Assembly: GCA_950097015.1 (NCBI GenBank)
Contig: CATNEN010000025.1
Coordinates: 4,526,001 to 4,590,000 of the forward strand
Length of the DNA stretch: 64,000 nt
Origin: Macrostomum hystrix
Lineage: Eukaryota; Animalia; Platyhelminthes
Direction of reading: 5' to 3'
Shown here: in pieces, positions 20,401-31,708 of the stretch
Layout of the letters: each line of letters begins with the position of its first letter
How positions within the stretch are numbered: position 1 is the stretch's first letter
The notes under the pieces: model-generated
Told to the model about the DNA's origin: nothing
Seen by the model: the letters and a program-made list of their open reading frames with translations, nothing else
The model's database searches: none
Program-made: the position numbers and the translations under genes

Positions 20401-22541
20401 ACATTTTGCCCTTATCTTTTCAGACAAAGCATTTCAACTGGATTTGTCTGGGAATACTTTTTTGGATATCGATACTTTGAGACGCCAGAGGATCTCGTCA
20501 AGATAATTACTACTGCTATGAGGAATACATTTCCGACGTGCCTGGAAGACGGCTCGCACCAAAGCCTTGTGTTGGACCGAGGGCTAAACATACTACTTTT
20601 TTGGTTGTTCGGATTTTATCAGATTGACTTTCGAGAAAGAAGCGAGGCTCTAGCCACATTAAAGGCTTTCATGGAATTTTTGTCCGATCAGGTAAATCAT
20701 ATAATTTTCTGCCTCAAAAAATTTAAACTGCGTAAAATGTTTTACCGATATGTATCGAAAAATTCATTTGAGGTATCATATTGGCTCGTAATGAATGAAT
20801 GAATGAATGAATGATCCCCTCTATTTTCTCCAGGCTCCGAAATTGGCAGATAAATATCCGTCCATCACAGGAATTTTTTCTTTATACTCTGATTGCCAGC
20901 GTGGAATTCATGTGGACTTGCAATATTGCGACGTAGACGTGAGCAATACGGCTCAATACACGAGGACACAAACAGTAAGAAAAACGAATATATACTTTTA
21001 CAAATCAACATATAACTATGGTATGGTATGAATAAAGAAAACTGTAATATAGCGACAAACAACGTCAAAAATAATACAGAACAGAACGTCCATGATCAGC
21101 ACAATAGGAATATTCCATAGCCATGTGAAATGAAAGAGGTCTCAGGCAGCATTCCACTGCTTTACTTCTGTGGCTTATGATATTACTTATTCGCCATAGC
21201 AAATAGTGAAGTGAAGTGTGTTGCGTACAGCCGTACAGGCATACATTTAATGACGGAGCTCCTGCTCTAAGGAAGCTATCATATAGATTAGCAGTAGCCG
21301 ACGCCAATAAGATCTCGTGGTGTAGTGGTTATCACATCTGTCTAACACACAGAAGGTCCCCAGTTCGAGCCTGGGCGAGATCATAATTTTTTCTATAAGA
21401 ACCAACTAATTAGTTAGTTTAGCCTCGCTTTGCTAATTACCTAGTTCATCTGCTTATTTTACATTAATATTTTTTCCTTTCAGATAATCCCTCGGCCTGT
21501 TTCCTTTCTTCCGGTAAGTTCCTAGAAAGAAGTTTTGTCTTTACAAAAGCCAGTTTATACTATTTTTCATCTACTTTTAGTAGAGTAGTTAAAAACGGTT
21601 GATTAATTCCGACCCACCGACAGTGGCCGCAGCTGCGCGTGTTCAGTCCGGACAGGGTCACAGAGCGGCTGGCTCGCCAGCTACTCGCCGAGCGCCTGTC
21701 CGAGCCGGCCACCGATCGACCGCTAGCCGTTGTCGACTGCGCCGAAATCGAACTCGCGGCCAGCCTGTGCGCCCTCAGCCGGCAGAAATTCCTGGCCTGC
21801 CACCCGGTGGACCTGCTCACCGGCTCCAGCGCCGGCCTGACCGAGTTTCTTGCCCACTGTGACCGACTGTCGCGCTGGTGCACAGCCGAGCTGTTGGCGG
21901 CCGGGCCAGGCGCCAAGCAGCGCGCTCTGCTGGCTCGCCGGCTCTGGCTGGCGGCTAGCGAATGCGCCGACCGCGGCGACCTGGCCTCCGCGGTGGCTCT
22001 GGCCGAGGGCCTGTCCGGGCCGCGGCTGCAGTGGGCGCCCGGGCTGCACAGGCTTGACGCTCGCGCCAGCCGGGCTCGGAAGCGACTCACCGTGCTCAGA
22101 GCCCGACTGCTGTCTGAGCCGATGACTCAGCAGACCGCGGTGCCGCATCCGAGACTGCTGCGGGCCCACCTGCAGTCGCTGGAGGTTGGCAGCTTCCGGT
22201 TGGCTAGCGGGCACGTCAAATGGGACAAGGTCCGCCGCCTGGCGCTCTGCCTGCAGCCGTTGCGCATGGCCCGCCAGGTCATTGTCGGCGGCGGAAGCGG
22301 CGGCACCGTCGGGGACGCCAGCGACATTGGCGACGATCGGCGGCTGACTAGGCAGCTGAGCCGGCGCATCGAGGAACTGGCCGGAGCCGATCTGGACCTG
22401 CTGCTGCAGATGCAGGCTGATTCCACGGCGCCAACGGTCGCGGCCGGCCTAGCGACCATGTCGGCTACGTCGGGCCACGAAGCTGCGCGATCGGACGAGG
22501 CGTCTGCGGCGGCCATGGCTGTTGGACGGCACAAACGGTAG
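14473..22541 (+). CDS. KNDC1: KNDC1/very-KIND-like protein: two KIND domains + REM + RasGEF (CDC25-like), 1443 aa; exons 14473-14689, 15602-15922, 16360-16406, 16489-16642, 16719-17247, 17486-18089, 18887-19776, 19914-20162, 20424-20691, 20834-20938, 21484-21513, 21624-22541
   Basis: KIND1: LVSLEDLI...LIALC, AFLAPE, AHVYSLGACL. KIND2: TLNEL...WLPPEY...AYAIGVALL...DRRPAL. REM: EYFFGYRYFETPEDL...LNILLFWL. GEF: IELAASLCALSRQKF, LSRWCTAELL, GHVKWDKVRRLA. All introns GT-AG; exon sum 4332 nt is in frame. Small exons and the acceptor at 21624 are less certain. Confidence 0.82.
15190..15420. repeat. C/A-rich variable minisatellite (core cacctcactcc), KNDC1 intron 1
   Basis: Irregular units built on cacctcactcc+gaca/aaca. 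Confidence 0.85.
15945..16270. repeat. C/A-rich variable minisatellite (core cacctcactcc), KNDC1 intron 2
   Basis: Same core as 15190-15420; begins about 25 nt after the donor at 15923. Confidence 0.88.
18240..18418 (-). mobile_element. tRNA-derived SINE, family A, 3'-truncated
   Basis: Minus strand has the tRNA-like head gttgcctagtgggttagagccgtccggactcacaatttgaaggtcgggagttcgattcac, followed by ctttagcaagacaact...cagctgttaaatgagtag, homologous to 7030-7298. Confidence 0.7.
18477..18845 (-). mobile_element. tRNA-derived SINE, family B, with 13-bp TSD
   Basis: TSD TGATTGTGAGCTT at 18464-18476 and 18846-18858; A and B boxes; high similarity to 11161-11536. Confidence 0.9.
20327..20399 (+). tRNA. 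trnV-AAC: tRNA-Val(AAC), in KNDC1 intron 20163-20423
   Basis: 73 nt. Acceptor stem GATCTCG/CGAGATC + discriminator A; anticodon arm TCTGT-CTAACAC-ACAGA; T arm CCCAG-TTCGAGC-CTGGG; T4 run downstream. Confidence 0.95.
21311..21383 (+). tRNA. trnV-AAC: tRNA-Val(AAC), in KNDC1 intron 20939-21483
   Basis: Identical to 20327-20399; T6 terminator 3 nt downstream. Confidence 0.95.
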
Positions 22542-22639
22542 ACTGAGTCGAACAAGAGACAATCGAGGATAAATATCCTTCACTGTTGTTTTTCAAATTT
22601 GATCCTGCTATGATATTTTAGGTATTTTAGCTGTTTTGA

Positions 22640-23482
22640 GGCCATTGCTAGAGAATTTGCTGGCTGGTTTGTTGGCTGGTTTGCTAGATGATTTGCTGGC
22701 TGGTTTGTTGGCTGGTTTGCTAGAGAATTTGCTGGCTGGTTTGTTGGCTGGTTTGCTAGAGAATTTGCTGGCTGGTTTGCTAGATGATTTGCTGGCTGGT
22801 TTGCTAGATGATTTGTTGGCTGGTTTGCTTGATGATTTGCTGGCTGGTTTGCTAGATGATTTGCTGGCTGGTTTGCTAGATGATTTGTTGGCTGGTTTGC
22901 TTGATGATTTGCTGGCTGGTTTGCTAGATGATTTTTTGGCTGGTTTGCTTGATGATTTGCTGGCTGGTTTGCTTGATGATTTGCTGGCTGGTTTGCTGGT
23001 TGGTTTGCTGGCTGGTTTGATGGCTGGTTTGATGGCTGGTTTGATGGCTGGTTTGATGGCTGGTTTGATGGCTGGTTTGATGGCTGGTTTGATGGCTGGT
23101 TTGATGGCTGGTTTGATGGCTGGTTTGATGGCTGGTTTGATTGTTGGTTTGATGGCTGGTTTGCTAGCTGGTTTGCTGGCTGGTTTGCTGGCTGGTTTGT
23201 TGGCTGGTTTGCTAGATGATTTGTTGGCTGGTTTGCTTGATGATTTGCTGGCTGGTTTGCTAGATGATTTGTTGGCTGGTTTGCTTGATGATTTGCTGGC
23301 TGGTTTGCTAGATGATTTGCTGGCTGGTTTGCTAGATGATTTGTTGGCTGGTTTGCTTGATGATTTGCTGGCTGGTTTGATGGCTGGTTTGATGGCTGGT
23401 TTGATGGCTGGTTTGCTGGCTGGTTTGATGGCTGGTTTGATGGCTGGTGATTGATGGCTGGTTTGCTGGCTGGTTTGCTGGC
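22640..23482. repeat. 12-bp minisatellite (gctggtttgatg/gctggtttgctg) with 24-bp gatgattt-containing blocks
   Basis: About 70 units in alternating blocks, between the convergent KNDC1 and Sp6-9 stop codons. Confidence 0.93.
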
Positions 23483-24458
23483 TGAAATTTGTTTGACTCA
23501 TGTTGCTCGCCTGAAGAATCCTAATCCTAAAATCATCTTTCCATCTGTCCAATGGGTGCTCACAATTCGTGCTTGTTTTCAATGACTTCCAGCCGTCCTC
23601 AAGTTTTGTCATGAATTCCGCATTGTAAATCTCATTCGTTATGGGCCAAAATGGTTGACTAAAAAGAATTTTGCAAGTTTTTCTGATAATTTCAACACAA
23701 GGCCCCCTACCTCATTCAACCGTGTTTCCATTAACCAATTGTAAGCAATTTGTGGATTTTATTGTGTATTATTATTCCCAAAGTTTAAGGCGATCACACA
23801 GGGCCTATTTCGGGTGCTAAATATTGGTGCTAAGCCTACCTAAAGTATTCGCTCTCTTCGAATCTCACAGCGGAGTTGTCCTCGCTTTGTTTAAATCTTT
23901 TACAATTTTTGTTTCGATATTCTGAAGCGTATATTGTTTTAAATAAATGAACAGTTTGGTGCCTTTTGCTGTGCTATGCATCTTATTAATAATTGTTTAT
24001 TAACACATACTTATTAAACAGATGTGCGTTCACATCACGAACAACATTCGATGCGCCTACTGTTAGTAGCTGTGACGGATATCAATGCGACAAAAATATT
24101 GTTAAACAAAAACTCAGACATTGTTACTGCAGCTTTGTTACTGCCGATAGACAAAACGAGGCGGTTCGAACTAGAATATTTTTATTTTAAACAGAAAATT
24201 CGAGCAATTCTGGAATGATTATTTTAGGGATTTGAAATGAATCAATTTTAGCGTGGTTTCGAAAAAATTGGTTAAGCATCACTATAATTCTAATGTACGA
24301 GTAATTGATTATCAAAACAGCATTGGCTACAACAGACAAACTGAGGGTCCACTAATAATGAAAAATACTAATTAAAGCGATATAATGTAGCTTTAATGGC
24401 CTTTGAAATCCTTGTGCATACACAGGACAAGCGAAGCCTATCCTCGAAGTGCCCAAAG

Positions 24459-27339
24459 TCACCGCTGGTCAGCCTTAGTAACGAGCCTCTTCTTGTCCGT
24501 TTCCTCTTCCGAGTCGCTCAATTCGGCGGCCGTTGCGTCATCCTCGTCGGCATTATTGTCATCTTCGGCCTCGATGGCGCCGGCGTCAGGGCAGCGCTGC
24601 GCGCTCTCGCTGTGGGTCTTGAGGTGCTTTGAAAGATGATCGGACCGCATGAACCGCTTTCGGCACACCTCACAGGCAAATCGCTTCTCACCTGTGTGGG
24701 TGCGCAGATGCCGCTGGAGCTCGTCCGACCGGGTGAAGCGTTTGCCGCAGAACAGCCAGTTGCAGACGAACGGCCGCTCGCCAGTGTGCCAGCGCAGGTG
24801 GGCCTTCAGGTGTGACGTCTTGTTGTACACCTTGCCGCAGCCGGGAATGTGGCAGCTGTGTAGGCTGCGCCTTCTCAGCTGAGCACCGGCCGGCCCGAGG
24901 CGGTCGGCCTCGTGACAGTTCGGACAGTCGCAGGTGGCCCGTCCGGTGTAGCGACGGCTCGACTTACCGCCAGCGCCGCTGCGGCCGCCGCCGCCGCCAG
25001 AAACAGCTACTGACGCTGAGGGCGGCTGCGCTTGTAGCTGAGGCGGCGGCGGCAGCGGCGGCGGCTGCGCCTGGCCCGCATTAGCAGATGATGAAGCCGC
25101 TGAGGCTGTGCCGACGTAGCCAGCAGCTGCTGCGGCAGCCGCAGCAGCTGCCGCCGCCGCTGCTGAAGCCGCAGCGGCATCGGCGTGGCCAAAAAGCGGT
25201 AGAAATGGATTGCCAGAAGCCTGGCTGACTAGATAGTCAGATGAGGGGGGCTGGCTCATGTGGTAGGCAAAGTGCTGCTGCTGCTGCTGATGGTGTTGCT
25301 GCTGATGCTGATGGTGCTGCTGATGGTGCTGCTGATGGTGCTGCTGATGATCGACACTCGATGCTGCCACTGCGGCGGAGAGCCAAGAGGCGGCACCTCC
25401 GACAGATCCGTGCTGCAGCTCCCAATAAGACTGCTGCTGCTGCTGCTGTTGCTGCAGCGGCTGGTTGTGATGATGCTGCTGCTGAGCTTGGTGATGCTGC
25501 CAGCCCTGGTAAAGCATCTGCGGATAGTCACCCTTAAACATCGATGACGTCATCGGCTCCATCGATGTTGCGTGATAAAATTCGCCACAGCCAGAGCCGG
25601 CCCAACCGCCGCCAGCGCTGGCGCTGAAGCTCGCAGCGGGGCCGCAGCCGCCGCTGCCGTTTCCGCTGCCAGCGCCTCGATAATAAGCTGCCGCTGCTGC
25701 CATTGCAGCCGCCGCGGCAGCCGCCGTCGCCGGTGGCAGCTTGGAAGATGCCGCCTCAGTTGGCAAAGGCTCCTCCGACGACGCCGCCGGTCTAGTCGGG
25801 GCTCCGCCTCCGCTGCCGCCGCCAACGGCTACCGCGCCTGCGAGCTCCCCGGATGTCGCTGGAGAGGCGCCGCCAGATTTTGAAGCCGCGCTGACGCAGT
25901 CGCCGTCGTTGAAGTGTCGAATTGGAGGTTCGCGCTCCGCTGACAGCCGACCGCTCCGATCCTGCAGTTTTTATTCGGATGAAATTTTAAGCAACGCTTA
26001 AAAATTTTAGGATTCAAATCCAACAGGGCAATTTTTATGCAGAGGATGTTTTTCCTTTAATAATAATAATACTAATAATATTATGTTTTTCCTTTATAAA
26101 CCAGTTGCCGAATTCCCATTTTGAGCTTTGATTGCTGACTTTCCCTCCATGATCTCTCTGAAATCCCAAACTGAAACTGAAATACCAAAACTGACTTCCC
26201 AGAGCTGACTTCCCAAAACTCGATTCCTAAAACTGAATGCCCAGAACAAAATTCCAAAAACTGAATTCCCAAAACTGAATTCCAAGAACGGAATTCCCAA
26301 AACTGGATTCCCAAAACTGAATTCCCAAAACGGAATTCCCAAAACTAAATTCCCAAAACTGAATTCCAAAAACGGAATTTCCAAAACTGGATTCCCAAAA
26401 CTGGATTCCCAAAACTGAATGCCCAGAACGGAATTCCCAAAACTGGATTCCCAAAACTGGATTCCCAAAACTGAATTCCCAAAACGGAATTCCCAAAACT
26501 AAATTCCCAAAACTGAATGCCCAGAACGGAATTCCCAAAACTGGATTCCCAAAACTGGATTCCCAAAACTGAATTCCCAAAACTGAATTCCCAAAACTAA
26601 ATTCCCAAAACTAAATTCCCAAAACTGAATTCCCAAAACTCGATTCCCAAAACTGGATTCCCAAAACTGAATTCCCAAAACGGAATTCCCAAAACTGAAA
26701 TCCCAAAACTGAATTCCAAGAACGGAATTCCCAAAACTGGATTCCCAAAACTGAATTCCCAAAACGGAATTCCCAAAACTAAATTCCCAAAACTGAATTC
26801 CAAAAACGGAATTTCCAAAACTGGATTCCCAAAACTGGATTCCCAAAACTGAATGCCCAGAACGGAATTCCCAAAACTGGATTCCCAAAACTGGATTCCC
26901 AAAACTGAATTCCCAAAACGGAATTCCCAAAACTAAATTCCCAAAACTGAATGCCCAGAACGGAATTCCCAAAACTGGATTCCCAAAACTGGATTCCCAA
27001 AACTGAATTCCCAAAACTGAATTCCCAAAACTAAATTCCCAAAACTAAATTCCCAAAACTGAATTCCCAAAACTCGATTCCCAAAACTGGATTCCCAAAA
27101 CTGAATTCCCAAAACGGAATTCCCAAAACTGAAATCCCAAAACTGAATTCCAAGAACGGAATTCCCAAAACTGGATTCCCAAAACTGAATTCCCAAAACG
27201 GAATTCCCAAAACTAAATTCCCAAAACTGAATTCCAAAAACGGAATTTCCAAAACTGGATTCCCAAAACTGAATTCCCATCGCTGACTTCCCGCGTGGCT
27301 CATGCGACTCACCGAACCGGTTCCCCGCAGCGGCACCAT
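24459..27339 (-). CDS. sp6-9: Sp6-9 (Sp8/Sp9-like, buttonhead-class) C2H2 zinc-finger factor; exons 27339-27313 (MVPLRGTGS) and 25961-24459
   Basis: Btd box RATCDCPNC; three fingers [23 protein letters not shown] / [23 protein letters not shown] / [21 protein letters not shown]. The frame stays open upstream of the listed ORF to the acceptor CTGCAG|GAT at 25961. A 9-codon first exon with a GTGAGT donor (phase 0) parallels the short first exon of Sp8/9; exon 1 is less certain. Confidence 0.93.
26160..27278. repeat. 15-bp minisatellite (gaattcccaaaactg) with a 434-bp higher-order period, Sp6-9 intron
   Basis: Identical pseudo-ORFs recur at a 434-nt offset (26345-26566 vs 26779-27000). Confidence 0.93.
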
Positions 27340-27479
27340 AGCTGAAAAGTCCTCTGCCGAATTCATATCTCAACAACAGTTGCTCTTTTAGACGCGAACA
27401 AGCAGCGACTGAGAATTAGATAAAGTCGATGAAGCTTATAAGATTATTAGCGGAACTCTGATGCCTCACTGAGATTTTT

Positions 27480-27600
27480 TTGTTAAATAAATAAAGCCTT
27501 GCCGAACGCGCCGACTGCTCGCCTCTGATTGGCTGGCTGCTCACCCCCACCCCGGACTCGGCGGCAGCGGCGGCGGTCCGGTCGGGTGAGTGGGGCTGAG
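27480..27600 (-). promoter_or_regulatory. Putative Sp6-9 core promoter (CCAAT box, GC/GT boxes, TATA-like element)
   Basis: Minus strand reads GGGGTGGGGG...CAGCCAATCAG (about 27526-27532) ...TTTATTTATTTAA (about 27482-27495), about 150-190 nt upstream of the ATG. Confidence 0.45.
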
Positions 27601-27882
27601 ATCTTGACCCAACTAAAAAGCTGATGCAGAAAATCAATCAATCTCTCTTAGAAGACTCCGGAACCATGGCATCGATTGGTAATCAGCATGGACAAGAATT
27701 GTTTCTCGTGAGGGCTGGGCGTGAGAGTTGGGACGACAAATGGCTGCTCTAAAAATAATTTGCTTTCATTTTCATCGAATTTGTATTTAGGGACATTGTT
27801 AGAGTGCCTGACCACGAAATTGAATTTGAAATTTTATAGAAAACTGCTGAAATCTCATAGAACCAGTTTCGAATCTTACAGA

Positions 27883-28820
27883 ATGAGTGTCTAATCTCAC
27901 ATAATGAGTGTCTAATCTCACAGAAAGAGTGTCTAATCTCACATAATGAGTGTCTAATCTCACATTGAGTGTCTAATCTCACAGAAAGAGTGTCTAATCT
28001 CACAGAAAGAGTGTCTAATCTCACAGAAAGAATGTCTAATCTCACATAATGAGTGTCTAATCTCACAGAAAGAATGTCTAATCTCACATAATGAGTGTCT
28101 AATCTCACAGAAAGAGTGTCTAATCTCACATAATGAGTGTCTAATCTCACAGAAAGAGTGTCTAATCTCACATAATGAGTGTCTAATCTCACATTGAGTG
28201 TCTAATCTCACAGAAAGAGTGTCTAATCTCACAGAAAGAGTGTCTAATCTCACAGAAAGAGTGTCTAATCTCACATAATGAGTGTCTAATCTCACAGAAA
28301 GAGTGTCTAATCTCACATAATGAGTGTCTAATCTCACATTGAGTGTCTAATCTCACAGAAAGAGTGTCGAATCTCACGTAATGAGTGTCTAATCTCACAG
28401 AATGAATCTCTAATCTCACATAATGAGTGTCTAATCTCATAGAATGAGTGTCCAATCTCACATAATGAGTGTCTAATCTCACAGAATGAGTGTCCAATCT
28501 CACAGAATGAATCTCTAATCTCACATAATGAGTGTCTAATCTCATAGAATGAGTGTCCAATCTCACATAATGAGTGTCTAATCTCACAGAATGAGTGTCC
28601 AATCTCACAGAAAGAGTGTCTAATCTCACAGAAAGAGTGTCTAATCTCATAGAATGAGTGTCCAATCTCACATAATGAGTGTCTAATCTCACAGAATGAG
28701 TGTCCAATCTCACAGAAAGAGTGTCTAATCTCACAGAAAGAGTGTCTAATCTCACAGAAAGAGTGTCTAATCTCACAGAATGAGTGTCTAATCTCACATA
28801 ATGAGTCTCTAATCTCACAG
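27883..28820. repeat. 21-bp minisatellite (gagtgtctaatctcacagaaa/cataat) with 19-bp variants
   Basis: About 45 units; 7-aa period in the ORF track. Confidence 0.95.
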
Positions 28821-30326
28821 AATCGAATCTGACAGAAATAGATACAGAAGTCTAAATCTCATATAAATTGTTTTTATCTTCTACAACGTATTTTTTCTTG
28901 AAAAAGAGAAAAACTACTGTATACAAGCTTTGATAAGTTTGACGCAAAAAAACAGCGAATGGCGCCCATATGATGTGTTGGCGGTGCATTTCCCATTTTC
29001 CCATCGCCGATTTCAGAAAAATCGTCACAGAAAATAGTGCCCGTCTCTATAATTTTTATGAGTTTCTTGCTCTCTGCTCGTCATGCTAAATATAAAAGCA
29101 GCGAAAAGGCGCAGAAAACAGCGGACCCGCCATTAGGCGAGTTTTGCTTTTCTCTTTGTGTATTTAAGACCCGGCATGATTGCCGGCTTTGTCAATGATG
29201 AAAGGCGGCAAGTTGGTGTGTGCGTGTGTGTGTGGCTAATTGCCCGCTCCAGACCCATATGTGACACGCTTCGCCGAGTTTCCTATTTTGATTTTATAAG
29301 CTGAAAACTTTTTCCAAAGCCTTGGCCGCTCCGCTCCGTATAGCGCAGTCTCCGTGCGAATGGGCGGGCCGACGGTGGAAGTTATCAATTCCGACTTCTG
29401 ATTATAGGGCAGTGGACCAGTCGGACAGGACAGACAGGGGCAAAACAGAAAGGTGGATGGAATTGAGATTCGGGGAGAAGCAGAAGCAGCGTGTGTCCCG
29501 CATTCCTCAAACTCGGCCCGTTAATCACCGCGACGCACCTGGTTTGCTCAGAAATTCGCGAAACTGAAAATTATTTCCCTCATCCCAAACCCCCCTAAGA
29601 CTCTTCCCCTCTGCTCCGGACTCAAACCCCCAGCCGCAGCTGAGCCCGCACGACCACCCGCCTCCAGACAGCAGACAAGTCATACTCAGAAGAAGAAAAA
29701 GAATAATTCCAATCGGAGAGTAATTATCCCCACTCAAGTCCGATGCCCGCAGTTTGAGTAGCAGCTCAATCACTGTTTAACTCGCTCAACTAGTCTCGTA
29801 TTTCTCAATCTTTCTTCTCGTGGCCGCTTGCTCACTTCCGGCCGACACGAGTTGAGCAGACTCAATTTATTCGCACAAATTTTGAGCTGCCTCGCCAGCC
29901 CTAACGAGCAGAATTGTTGCTCCGCTCAAACGGAGTGAAGATTTTTCTTTCTATGAAACATCTTCCAGAGCTGCCTCATCAAATCTTCTCCTAGAAGACC
30001 AGCTTGTTAATTCGGCGCTGAAGACGAAGGAATAACCTTTTTTTCTGCCGAACCTCCTTAATGAGGACAACAGGCATGTCAGTGATTTGGCAGGGCTGCA
30101 ACAGTCCTAGCACAAATGGAAGAATTGAATAATGTGATTAAAGGCAATTTCTCTTTTTAATCTGATAAAAGACAAGTCAGCGGAAAAGAGAAAATTGCCA
30201 GAAAATTAGCAAGCCTAAATTAAATCATCTACACCACTTTAATAAGTCCCTGCTCAATATTGGCATCTCGGATGAAAATCTACAAAACACTTACAAACAG
30301 AGCATCTTCGACTAGGTGGCACGCTT

Positions 30327-31102
30327 AAGCTCACCTAAACCACACACTTGAGCTCACCTAAACCACACACTTGAGCTCACCTAAACCACACACTAAAGCT
30401 CACCTAAACCACACACTTGAGCTCACCTAAACCACACACTTGAGCTCACCTAAACCACACACTAAAGCTCACCTAAACCACACACTTGAGCTCACCTAAA
30501 CCACACACTAAAGCTCACCTAAACCACACACTTGAGCTCACCTAAATCACACACTAAAGCTCACCTAAATCACACACTTGAGCTCACCTAAATCACACAC
30601 TAAAGCTCACCTAAACCACACACTTGAGCTCACCTAAACCACACACTAAAGCTCACCTGAATCACACACTAAAGCTCACCTAAATCACACACTAAAGCTC
30701 ACCTAAACCACACACTTGAGCTCACCTAAACCACACACTTGAGCTCACCTAAACCACACACTTGAGCTCACCTAAACCACACACTTGAGCTCACCTAAAT
30801 CACACACTAAAGCTCACCTAAATCACACACTAAAGCTCACCTAAACCACACACTTGAGCTCACCTAAACCACACACTTGAGCTCACCTAAACCACACACT
30901 AAAGCTCACCTAAACCACACACTTGAGCTCACCTAAATCACACACTAAAGCTCACCTAAACCACACACTTGAGCTCACCTAAATCACACACTTGAGCTCA
31001 CCTAAATCACACACTAAAGCTCACATAAATCACACACTAAAGCTCGCCTAAATCACACACTAAAGCTCACCTAAATCACACACTAAAGCTCACCTAAATC
31101 AC
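30327..31102. repeat. 23-bp minisatellite (gctcacctaaaccacacacttga/taaa)
   Basis: About 33 units with aacc/aatc and ttga/taaa variants. Confidence 0.95.
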
Positions 31103-31708
31103 AATGTAACAATGTGAATCACACAAGCTAAACTAAATACTTGCCCATTCTGGCTTGTAGAGCTGTAAGCAAGCAAAAAACAAATTATTTCTACTGTCTC
31201 ATTTGTGCTTTGAAAAATGAATTCATGAAAACGCGACACAGTCGGCGCAAGTTTAAAGTGATCATTGCAATGAAAACACGAATATGTTAGTAACAAAATT
31301 TCTTCCATATTTAAAATCAGCTTTTTGAAAGTATATTTTCCACAGCTTTTACTCAATCTGTATTTTGCCGCTTTGTTCAAAATAAATTCGAAGAAAATGA
31401 AACAGAATGAGAATGGCCAGGGCTGTGCTTTCATTAATGAAGCGACAATCAGGTAAGTGAAAAATGATTAAAAACGAAACAGGTGAGAAAGGCGGCGGCA
31501 GCAGAAGCACTAGAAGCAACAATGGCAGATTGACTTTGTTAGCTTTTACACATATGTTTTGTTCGTTTGTTAAGTGCACAAAAGCATAAACAATCAACGG
31601 AAGCAGGCAAGCTGTGCTTAAGGAAAGTTTTTATTTTAGAATTTGGAATTTTTATTAGCTTTATGACCAGGTTTAAACGCATGAGCAAGTGTTCTGCTTT
31701 GAACGAAG

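Noticed and set aside
29000-30300. Short ORFs and scattered TCF/Hox-like motifs upstream of Sp6-9
   Set aside because: The ORFs lack domain features. Enhancer function is plausible, but isolated 6-7-mers cannot support a call.
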